Below are positions 19,994 to 30,063 of a stretch of DNA of 35,542 nt, one piece after another (the stretch's first letter is position 1; each line of letters opens with the position of its first letter). Under the pieces are notes generated by a model. The model did no database searches. It was not told where the DNA came from and saw only the letters and a program-made list of their open reading frames with translations. Source of the DNA: Thecamonas trahens ATCC 50062 (taxonomy: Eukaryota > Protista > Apusomonadida); assembly GCF_000142905.1 (NCBI RefSeq), contig NW_013657631.1, forward strand, positions 213,846 to 249,387, in the 5' to 3' direction. The translations under genes were made by a program, and so were the position numbers.

Positions 19994-21367
19994 CTACGAG
20001 GGACGGGCGTTGTCATTCCGATCGCGGTTGTGGTTGCGGTTGCGGTTGCGGTTACGGCCCTTGCCTCTTCCTTTGCCGCGGCCGCGGCCGTGGCCGCGTT
20101 GGCCGTCGGCGGGCGAGTCGGCGGGGGCAGGGTCAGGCGTGGGATCGGTGTTGTTGCGGTTGCGGTTGCGGTTGCGAGGGCGGTTACGGTTGCGGCCCTT
20201 GCCTTTGCCGCGGCCGCGACCGCGTTGGCTATCGACGGGCAAGTCGGTGGAGACTTTGGCGGATGTGGGGCTGGGCGCGGGCTCGGTGTTGTCGCGGTTG
20301 CGATTACGGTTGCTGTTGCGGTTGCGGTCATTGGAGCGGCGACCGCGGCCACGGCCGCGCGAGGCGGGCGCCGGCTCGACGCGGGCGCGGAAGGACGGCA
20401 TGCGCATGTCAGAGGGCCGGCCGCCACGGTCGCGGACTTTGGAGGCGATGACAATGTGCTTGACACGGGCCGGGGTGCGGGCAGCATAGCGTGCGTCCGA
20501 GGTCTTGCGGTTGATGGCCAGGTCGACCTGGGCGGCAGTGACGTCCGTCCAGGAAAAGCTAGTGTGGCGGCGGAGGCGGGACTGGGCAAGGGCGGCGTAG
20601 GCGGTGACAAGCGGGCGCTGGGCGAGGACCGGGTGGCGGGCAAAGGTCTTGAGGGTGACGCCGAGGCGGGTGAGGAGAACCGATCGTCGGACAGAGTAGT
20701 CTGCAGCCATGCGAGCATTGATGGCGTCAAAAAGACGTGTTTGCGATTCCGAGAGTGGGGGCATGGTGTCGCCATGCATGCCCTCCCACAGCCGCTTGCG
20801 CGCAGCCTGGTGACCGGGGGAGGAGGTCGTGCCGACGTAGACGCTGTCGAGGATAGAGAGCAGGCCAGCATCCGGCGGGCCTGGCGCGAGCTTGCCCACG
20901 GCGACCGCCAGCGAATCGGCCGGATCAAACCGGGCATGGATAGCGCGGGCGACGCAGCCGACAGGGATCATGCCGGCAGCATCGACAGTGTTGACAGCGC
21001 TGAGATCAGCCGTCTCGATCTCTACCAGAACGGCATGAACCAGCTCCGCCAGCGTAGCATCATCATGAAGATCGAGAGCAGCAAGCAGGTCGAGTACGTC
21101 GAGAGCCGACTCGCAGTGCTCCGGCAGTCGTGGAAGGGGTGACGGCGAGGAGAGTGCGGACCATCTTAGGCGGAGCGAGTCGAGGAGCGGCGAGAGAGCA
21201 GCGCGGGCAGCAGGAGCCGAGGGGGATACAGAAGAAGCAGGAGAGAGTGTCCACAGAGTAGCGTCTGCTGGAGGGAGGGGAGAGGGGAGAGTCGATGGGT
21301 GGGTGGTGTGCCAGCGGGTGTGGAGGGCGGAGGGCGTCCACGGAGGAGTCCAGGTGCGGGCTTCCAT
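19994..21367 (-). CDS. FAM98: FAM98-family protein (DUF2465; tRNA-ligase complex subunit-like) with RG/RN-rich tail
   Basis: INARMAADYSVRRSVLLTRLGVTLKTF and KVRDRGGRPSDMRMPSF match the conserved FAM98 blocks. The start is 21367 or the upstream ATG at 21496. Confidence 0.82.
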   Translation of the reverse strand: MEARTWTPPWTPSALHTRWHTTHPSTLPSPLPPADATLWTLSPASSVSPSAPAARAALSPLLDSLRLRWSALSSPSPLPRLPEHCESALDVLDLLAALDLHDDATLAELVHAVLVEIETADLSAVNTVDAAGMIPVGCVARAIHARFDPADSLAVAVGKLAPGPPDAGLLSILDSVYVGTTSSPGHQAARKRLWEGMHGDTMPPLSESQTRLFDAINARMAADYSVRRSVLLTRLGVTLKTFARHPVLAQRPLVTAYAALAQSRLRRHTSFSWTDVTAAQVDLAINRKTSDARYAARTPARVKHIVIASKVRDRGGRPSDMRMPSFRARVEPAPASRGRGRGRRSNDRNRNSNRNRNRDNTEPAPSPTSAKVSTDLPVDSQRGRGRGKGKGRNRNRPRNRNRNRNNTDPTPDPAPADSPADGQRGHGRGRGKGRGKGRNRNRNRNHNRDRNDNARPS

Positions 21368-22055
21368 TCGGAGCCGAGAGAGGTGCTGTCCGTCGCTCGG
21401 AAGAAAACTGTCCGAGGTTGGGATGGATGGTCGCGTGGCTTTGATACGAGGTGTGATGGGTGGCCCTCTGCTTCTCTGTCTGGCTCTAGTCGGCATGAGT
21501 GACTATATTCTTGTGCGCATGGGTCCACACAACGTTTTCTTCTTCTGGCTCTGCATCTCATCCATGTAGAGGGTATCGGTGACAAAGACGTCGCAGAAAA
21601 AGTAGATCGGCCCGATCAGTTAGTATTTTCTCCCCACCTCGGCATCATCACAACCTCGGTTTGCATCGATAGAGCAACTCCAGGTACGGACCAGCCCACC
21701 TGCTCTGCGCGTTCTATTTATTCACCAACCAGCACATACACGCCAAACTCATCCCGCGGCTGTAGTACAAGACCCCTGCGAAGCAGTCTCTGCACCCAGT
21801 TCACACCATTAAATTTTTCCTCTCTCTCCTCGAAAAGTGTAACACGGACAGTACACACTCCAGCACCCCCCTCCGCCCCCCCCCCCCCCCCCCCCGATAG
21901 TCCCTTGGCCTCTGCACCATCCCGATCACCTCACCTGCATGGAGGCAGGCAGGCCATGGGTCGGCAACTGGTCGAGTGACTGTTGGCGGGAGGAGAGAGG
22001 GGGGGGAGGGGGGAGGGGGGGACGGACAGCCACTGCACTCACCACCCACAGCAGC

Positions 22056-22622
22056 ATGGACCTGTTCGAGGGGAGTGAGAACACCTACCAGCTGGGGCCG
22101 CATGAGGGGCAGAAGTACGTGTGTATTGCCTGTGGGAGGGGGGAGGGGGAGGGGGAGGGGGAGAGGGAGGGGGAGAGGGGAAGGGCTGGGAGGGAGGGAG
22201 GGAGGGGAGGGGGGGGGGTCGCGGGGGTCGACCTGGTGGGGGGTGTACTCATGGCATGGCGGGGGGATACTTGCATGCATGTGTGGCTGGTGATGGGCTG
22301 GGCGTAGGTTTAATGTTTCGCGGGTGAAAAGGTGGTGGATGAGACTCTCGAGGCGTGGCTCGGTGACAAGGAGTACGAGGCGGCGGCGGCGAGCAAGTGG
22401 ACGGTCGAGCTGACGCAGGTGGTGGAGGAAGCTGTGAGGGAGATGGAGTTTCCCAGGTACAAGATCGTTGTTCAGGTTGTTCTGGGCGAGAACAAGGGCC
22501 AAGGCATCAACACCGTCTCTCGCTGTCTCTGGTCCGTTGAGACCGATGGCTGGGCCTCCTCCTCCTACAAGAACGCCTCCATCTTCTGCACAGCCATGGT
22601 CTTTGGCGTCTATTTTGAGTAG
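22056..22622 (+). CDS. Tctex1-domain dynein light chain (TCTEX1D/LC2-like); exons 22056-22114 and 22308-22622; one -1 frame change at 22327-22330
   Basis: ENTYQLGP..K|FNVSRV, PRYKIVVQVVLGE, SRCLWSVETD and NASIFCTAMVFGVYFE*. Intron GTACGT...GTAG joins AA|G. Confidence 0.9.
22115..22307 (+). other. Spliceosomal intron (193 nt, G-tract rich)
   Basis: GTACGT donor and TAG acceptor. Removal joins two conserved Tctex1 segments. Confidence 0.85.
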
Positions 22623-22737
22623 CCGCCACCTTCTCTGCTCTGCGCCACCCTTTATCACTCTGCGCCGCGCCGCACTGTCATGCGCTCTGCGCCTGCGCGT
22701 TCCCCCATGGTCTGTAAAACAGCTGCAATCGACAGCA

Positions 22738-25700
22738 TCACACAATCGGCTCCTCCTGCACGGCCTCCACAAAGCTGGCCACCGCCGCAGACTGCGGGCG
22801 CATCCGCCGCTCATCGCCGCGCCCTACAACTTCCATGTCACGCTCGCTACTGGAATAGGTGCTCGTGTCGACGTTGCTGGCCGGAGGCGCCGGCGGCGGC
22901 CGCTCGCCGAGAAGTTTGCCGCGGAGGCCCTTGGTCGGGAGTCGGCGAAAGGCGTGGGCGGGCCGCGCATCCCCCCTGGAGGCCTTGCGCCCACGGCGCG
23001 CCTTGCGCAGCCGCCGTTTCTTCCCACGCGGTCGCCTCAGCCGGCCCTTTGGGCTCGCCACCGCAAACGAGAGCGCGTTGGCCGAGTGCCACATCGGCGG
23101 CATGCCCGGCGGCGGCCGCGGGCCTACCGGCGAGGCCCACAGCGCGCCGATGGTCGACGACGCCGGCGCCACACTTCCGCGCCGTCCGACAGCCACCAGT
23201 GACCGTGTTGTGTGCGCTCGCACCCGCACTCCGCCCACCAGCCGCCGCGCCACCAGCGAGTCAAACTCGGCCTCACATTCCACATACAGGTTGACCGACG
23301 CCAGCATCCGCGCATAGTTGCGGTTCCGCTCCTCAAGCAGCCTCATTCGCTTCGCCTCCCACTTGGTCTTGGCCAGCGCTGCCCGGAGCTCGAGCCGTGC
23401 CGCCGCGTCGCGGTCACTCTTATCGTCGAGCGCGGTCCGCAGCTCTTCGACACGCCGCATCGCAGCCGCAAAGTCGTAATGCGCTGCCACACTCATCTGG
23501 TGCAGCCGCTCCTCCTCGCGCGCTGCGTCGGCGGCTTCCTTGGCGTGCCGCGCACGTCGCACTGCCTGTCGCGTGTGGAGCATGTGGTCCATCCGCTGCG
23601 CCACCCACTCGACCACCGCCCGCGGCTTTTCCAGCGCCACCGAGGGCAGTGGCATCGCATCCTCGGGGTCGTCGTCGCCTCCGGCATGACCGTCGCCGCT
23701 GGTTGCCGCCTGCGGTGCTGTCCGCGCCAGCGCCGGTGGCCGCGGCATGCTGCTGCCACGCCCTGCACTCTTGTCTGCCACACGCAGCGTCCGCGCCCGC
23801 GGGCCGACCCTCGTCCCGGACTCGACAGCCGCCGGCGCTCCTGCTCTGGCTGTTGCCGCCTGATCAGCCTCCGGCCGGGCTTCTAGCGCAGCCCGGGCTT
23901 CTTCCAACTCGCGGTACGCCTCCTCCAGCTGATCCACAAGTAGCAGCAGACGAGCTTCGTTGCCATCGCCTGCCGACTTGGCCTCGGCGCTTGCTGCCTT
24001 GATCATTGCTTCACGGAGCGCGTGCAACTCGTTCCGCGTCTTGGCCAGCTCCTCGCGAGTCACCTCAAGCACAACCCAGACTTCGTCGACCTGGGCCGCT
24101 GCGTCAGCTAGGCCCTCAGCGTCGCCCCCAGCGTCGCTCCCAGCTCTGTGCTCAACAGTGACATCGCCGCGGGCCAGGGGCGGGGGCGGGACCGGGGCCT
24201 GGACCAGCGGCGGGACCGGGGACTGGACCTGCGGCGCACCTTTCTCGCTGCCCATCGCCCTCTTCTCGGGCTCTAAACTCACCAGCATCTCGACTTGGAC
24301 GCCCTTGTCCTTGGTGCTCACCGTCGGCTGTGAGCCGGTCATCGATCGTGACCGGGCTAGTGTCCGTTGGAGCGCGTTATTGCCGAGCGAGGCCACCCGC
24401 CGGTCATGCAGCACCGGCCGCCGGCGGCGGCGGCCAAGCGAAGCGGTCCGCTCTCCCACGCTCGGCCCCGCCGCCGTTGTCTTAAACTCAACGGACGACA
24501 TCGACGCTGCCAGAGCCGGAGGCGAGAGCTCACCACCGGTGCTGGTCTCGCTCGACAAAGTCGGCTGGGCTACCTTTGGCGCCACAGGATCAACCAGCGC
24601 CACGCTAGAGTCGTTGTGCAGCTTGAGCTGCGCCTGAAGCTTGACAACGAGCCCATCGTAGCGAGAGAGCATCTTGGCGTGTGCAGCCTTTTGAGCTGCC
24701 AGCGCCTCGGCAGCCTCACTCCGCACCCGCTCAATCTCGGCCGCATGGTCCTCTGGGTCTGGACCAGCGTCCGGCTCGCCGTCATCGACGCGTCGATGTC
24801 TGCCTTGAGCTTGGCAAGGCGCTCGATGTGAGAGGTCCTGGCAAGGGTCTCCGGGGATGGTTCTGCGGCCTGTGCGGCACGCGCCAGCGACGCGAGCTCG
24901 GCCTCGGCCGCTGCGTCAAAGGTCTCGGACACAAGTTGCGTCTTGAGCTCAAGCAGATTTGAGCGGTCGAGTGCGGCGGCAAGCTCATCCTCAAGCTGGC
25001 TAATGCGAGCGCGGGCTGCGTCACGCTCCTGGGCCATCACCGCCATGTCGTCGGTCGTCTCCTGGACCGCGCGCTCGCGCTCGAGAACTAGATGTGCCCG
25101 CAGCGCACGGAGCGCGCCCATGTGCAGCGTTTGCGCCCGCTCCCGCTGCTTGGTGGCGGCGGCCATGACCGAGGCCACCGATCGGGTCGACGCCACCAGC
25201 TCATCGAGCGAGCTCCCCGAGCCGGCACTTCCGTCTGAGACCGCCGAGTCGTCCGTATCCGACACGGCTGAGTCGGAGAGGCCCGACGATTGGAACGTGG
25301 CCGAGAGGTCAAAGTTTTTGCCGGCGACAGCGCGCAGCTTCTGGCGCAGCTTCTGGTTCTCGAGGGTGACAGCGCCAAGCCGAGCCTCGGCGGCCTTTGC
25401 CCGGTCGCGGTACATGTCCGACTTTTGGACAAAGGCCGACATGCGAGCCTCGTATGCGACCTTGAGCGACTCGAACGCGCCGGCGAGCTCCGGGTTCTTT
25501 GACGAGAGCGACCGCGTCAGGTCGCGGGCCTGCCGCTCGATCTCGCGGTGGTGCTGGCGAATGAGCTTGGCGAGCGATCGCTTGTGCTTGTTCTCCGCCG
25601 CACGGATGCGCGTCTCCTCCTCGGCCTTGACTTTGGACACCGCGCGCGAAGCCTTGGTCTCGAGCTTCGAGTGCAGCTTGGAGCGGTGCTTGGCGGCGAC

Positions 25701-27113
25701 CGAGTCGCGGACCAGGAGCTCTGACTGGAGCTCGCGAACCTTGGCGTGCACCCGCGAGAGCGCCAGTTCGTGCTCGCGCTCGCGCTTGGCCATGATGCCC
25801 TTGACCGTCCGCAGCTCGCGGGCGGTCGACGATTCCGAGGAGGCGATGCGGTTGGCCTCGTTGGCGACAGCGAGCGCGTGCTTGAGCTTATCCACCTCGG
25901 CCTGGTGCGCAACCGCGTCGGCCTGAACCTGGCTCCGCAGCTCCTCTAGCGCAGACTGCGCTTGAACCGAGTACTCGAGCTCCTCAGCCGCCCGCGCTGC
26001 GAGCTTGGACTCGAGCATCCGAGTGACGGTGGCGGCGTCAGCGAGTTGGACCTCGTACTTGGCCACCGCGTCCTTGAGCGCAACCACCGCCGCACCGGCG
26101 GTTTGCGCGTACGCCTTGAGGTCGGCATGCTCGGCTGCAAGCTTGTCAGCCGCCGCCAATCGCGCCGCGTACGAGTCGGCGAGCGAGGCCACAAGGTTGG
26201 CCACCTCGTGCCACTTTTCCGAGAACACCGCCGAGATGGTCTCAACCACGCCCTCGACCGACATGCCCGACGCCACGTCCTCCCACGACTTTTCCACCAT
26301 CTCCTCTACGTCCTTGTCGAGCCCGAGTGTCCGGTCAAACTCGGAGCTCTGCGCAGCAAGGAGGTCGAACCAGTTGCCGATTTCGCGGACGTCAGTGTTG
26401 AACACAATCGCTTTGCGGGTGTGGTCGACAACCAGGTCCTGGACAGACTCCTTGGACGCCTCCACAATGGCCTCCAGCGCGGCGTGCGTCTGCTCGGCCT
26501 CGCGGCGCCGCTGCGCATGGCGCGGGTCACTCTCGTCAAACTCCTCGCCAGCCTGCTCAGCCTGGCTCTTGGCCTTGGCCTTGGACGTCCGCCACTTTGC
26601 GCCGACCTCTGTCTCGCGGATCTCCGCCATCTTGGCTGCCTCGATCTTGGCCGTCGCCGCCTCATACGCCGCCAGCGAGTCCTTCACCGTCGCGTTGACT
26701 TCTAGCAGCGACCGCCACGATGCCTCCAACCGCTCCAGCTCTGCCGACACAGCAGCCTCGGTGTTTTCAGCCCGAGGCAGTGCAGACGACGACGACGACG
26801 ACGACGAGACGGCAGCACGGACAGCAAGGAGCGTACTCTGCATGGTTGCCTCTGATCGCGACGACATGAGCGATCCAGATGGCGACCGAGCCAGCGTCGG
26901 CGGCGGTGACATCATCGGCAGCGGTGGCGGTGGCTTGACGTAGCGGAACTTGGGTCGCACCGTCCACTTTCGGTTGAGGGCGAGTGGGGCGGTGGCAAAG
27001 GCGGCATACGGGCCTTCGCCTCCTCCAGCGGTCGGCTTGGATGTGGGTGGAGGGCGAGGCGAGGCAGGCGGTGACTGCGAAGGGAGCACCCACCGGATGT
27101 CCTCAGAGGACAT
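22738..27113 (-). CDS. Large coiled-coil protein of unknown function (~1460 aa); one -1 frame change at ~24753
   Basis: Long A/E/R/L/K heptad-like segments separated by Pro/Ser linkers. The ORFs 24570-27113 and 22738-24726 join as ...LVQTQ|EDHAAEIERVRSEAAEAL. Confidence 0.75.
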
Positions 27114-27455
27114 GCCGAATGAGTGTGTGGTGTGTGGTGTGTGGTGTGTGAGTGTTTGTGAGTGTGGGTGGGTGGGTGGAAGGGGGGGGGGGGGGGGGTC
27201 AGGTGGTTGGCTGGTCGGCGGCGTTCGACTACGCCGACTTGGCCGACGACTCGGGTGACGACTCGTCTCCGAGGTGATGGACGGGATCGCATTAGTCAGA
27301 TGGATGGCAGGCGGGATATATGAACTGTTGTTGACTAGTTGTTGAGCGGGTGGGTGCAGCCATGGCGGATGACTCGGAGACGAGTGGGCGGTTGCTGGGG
27401 CAGGGGACGGGCACGTTTGCGCTCGTGCGATTCAGGACTGTTTCAAGGATCTCAT

Positions 27456-28772
27456 CTACGTAACGAGGCGATCGGCAAGAGCAACCCACGAGCCGTCGCC
27501 GTTGAGAGTTCCGAGCGCCACGATCCACGGGGCGGGCGTCGAGGAGCCCATGACAAGGGTGAAGCCCTGCGAGGAGAAGCCGGTTGGAACCTCGAGTGTG
27601 CCCCACGAGCTCTGCGCCCCATTATTCAGTGAGATGACGACGCCGATGGGCTTGAGGCCGACGCCGAGGACGAGCTCAAAGCCGGCCTGCAGAAACTCTC
27701 TAAAATAGGTCGACTGCGAAACGTGGGTCGTCCACATTGTCGAGCCCGACGAGGTCAGCAGCTGCAGCTCGTTCTGCTTGATCAGGAACGGCTGCTTCTC
27801 GGCGAGCAGATAGTCGGCGCCGGCGGTGGAGATGAGCGTGAGATCAAGATAGGTTGTCGACGGGCTGAGATAAATCCGCGCGCCGGCGGCAGCGCTGCTG
27901 GCGACCGCCGCGTCAAAGACAGCGTACCGCGAGAGCTCGCACGTCTCCGAAAACGGTGGGCACTTGGAGACGACGCCGTAGACAACCGGCTCGGAGGAAC
28001 CGCATGTAAACGATCCAAACGACTCATCCGACGCGAGGCCCGAGGCATCGACAGCGGTCGAGAAGACTGGTGCGAGTGTGTTCTTCTCCCACCCAACCAG
28101 GTGCATGGTGACACCGGCCTGGCTCAACACTGCGCCTGACGCCACGTACAGTTCCTTGCACACCATCACGCCGCCGCCCGACAGCAGATTGATACCTCCA
28201 CCCACCGCTGGCGAGGCCTTTTGCGTGACTCCAGTTGCGCCATCGATGACCGCCACGTGGGTGTTGTTGGCGAGGAGGACGTTGCCGGCGTCGACGTCAA
28301 AGGTGACCGAGACAAAGTACGAGATGGGAACGCCCGAGCCAGGCACAAGCGACTTTGACCACAGGAACAAGATTCCCTTCTTGGCATCGGTGGCCACTCC
28401 GGTCACAAAGACCTCTCCATCGCTTCCACCGTGGGCCGAGACAAAGACCCGCCCGGCGGCGTCGACTGCCATGCCATCGATGGAGTACTGGGGCGGGGTG
28501 ATGCGGACCATGCCCGGCGCTGGACCGGACCCATCCCACGGAATCAGCACCAGACGATATCCGACGTTCAAAGAGTAGGCGGCAACAACCAATCCTGCAG
28601 GCGTCACCACGCTCGTCGAGATGGTGTCGTTGGTGTAGGAGATGCCCACCGACGACGCCGGCGGGCTCCAATCCGTGTAGCTGGCGCCAGCGGGAAGGCC
28701 ACGGAAAGGCGCGCTACCAGCAGCAAGGCCGCACAGCATGGCAATGATAGCTGTCAAGTACACCAGCGACAT
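27456..28772 (-). CDS. Secreted beta-strand-rich protein (possible beta-propeller), function unknown
   Basis: Signal-peptide-like MSLVYLTAIIAMLCGLAAGS at ATG 28772. Repeated strand-turn motifs (GMAVDAAGRVFVS, VTFDVDAGNVLLA, VAVIDGATG). No further clear TM. 438 aa. Confidence 0.7.
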   Translation of the reverse strand: MSLVYLTAIIAMLCGLAAGSAPFRGLPAGASYTDWSPPASSVGISYTNDTISTSVVTPAGLVVAAYSLNVGYRLVLIPWDGSGPAPGMVRITPPQYSIDGMAVDAAGRVFVSAHGGSDGEVFVTGVATDAKKGILFLWSKSLVPGSGVPISYFVSVTFDVDAGNVLLANNTHVAVIDGATGVTQKASPAVGGGINLLSGGGVMVCKELYVASGAVLSQAGVTMHLVGWEKNTLAPVFSTAVDASGLASDESFGSFTCGSSEPVVYGVVSKCPPFSETCELSRYAVFDAAVASSAAAGARIYLSPSTTYLDLTLISTAGADYLLAEKQPFLIKQNELQLLTSSGSTMWTTHVSQSTYFREFLQAGFELVLGVGLKPIGVVISLNNGAQSSWGTLEVPTGFSSQGFTLVMGSSTPAPWIVALGTLNGDGSWVALADRLVT

Positions 28773-29705
28773 GCAAAAGTGAGTACGAGGCAGGTAGTGC
28801 GCTTGCTCTGTCCGTGGTTGTCGTGACGTGGTGTGGCGCGTGTGACATGCGCTCCTTTTTCCGTGCAATCTTCCCCCCCTCTCTAGCTTTCACAGCCTCA
28901 TCACAGCCTTCTTGGCCCTCCCCAGGCACTGTGTGCAGAACCCTTACATTACCACTCTACCGATGGTAACTACTATGAGCAAGCTTACAACCTGTGAACC
29001 ATGTACACAGCTCGTGGCTGTTGCCACTACGGCAGATGACGACAGCTCACATTGCAAACTTCATTGCTTTCATTTATTGATGGCCAGTTGGCTTGATCCA
29101 CCATTCGCCACCAACTCTCAATTTGGTTGCAAATGAATCATTCGAGAGCATTCGTCTCCTCCCCCTCTGCACGGCCACGCCCACGCCACCCTTGAACCCC
29201 TCTCCCCCCCCCTGTACCCCCTCCCCCCTCCCCCCCCCCCCCCTCTCACTTCCTACTCCACCACCGAGTTGAGGGACTATGGTATGTTCGCACCATCACC
29301 ACCAGTATGGGTATAACACACATACCCACACACATACCCTTTCTCTATCTCCATACTCTTCATATGCCCTCTATACCCCCTTCTTCCCTCCTCCCCCCTC
29401 CCTGTCTGTGATCATGTGCGGTGGCTGCTTTTCCGACCACTTTTTGCTTCATTCCCCAGAAGAGGCATGGGGAGGGGAAGGGCGGGGGTGGGAGGGGGGG
29501 ATGGGGATGGGGATGGGCTACACCCACCCACCACCCACCACCCACCACCGACTACCACCACCCACCATGTAGAGGTTGTAGGGATTGCACACGTGCACGG
29601 GTATACGGTGCGGTATGCGGGGGTAGGGTAGGGGGGGGGGGGAGGGTGAGGAGGAGTTGGCTGGGCAGGGTGCCACCCAAAGCCAAGAAGGCAGGCGGTC
29701 CACGT

Positions 29706-29805
29706 NNNNNNNNNNNNNNNNNNNNNNNNNNNNNNNNNNNNNNNNNNNNNNNNNNNNNNNNNNNNNNNNNNNNNNNNNNNNNNNNNNNNNNNNNNNNNNN
29801 NNNNN
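29706..29805. other. Assembly gap (100 N)
   Basis: Run of exactly 100 N flanked by G/C homopolymer tracts. Confidence 0.99.
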
Positions 29806-30063
29806 ACAGTACACACTCCACGCACCCCCTCCCCCCCCCCCCCCCCCCCCCTCCCCCCTCCCCCCTTCCTCTCTCTCTCTCTCTCTCTCTCCTCCTTCCT
29901 TTCCCCCACCTCCACTCCTTTTCCGCCGCCCCTACCCCCCTTCTCTCCTCATTCCGACCCCACAACCACCATGCCTCCCGCCACTTGAAAATATTTTCCC
30001 TCTCGCCACCAGGTCACGAGACAAGCCACACTGTTTTCGCCCGTAAGCCGCGTGACCAACCAC

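Noticed and set aside
21615-21651. Box C/D snoRNA on the minus strand (GTGATGA ... CTGA)
   Set aside because: The boxes span only about 36 nt, with no convincing terminal stem or recognisable guide.
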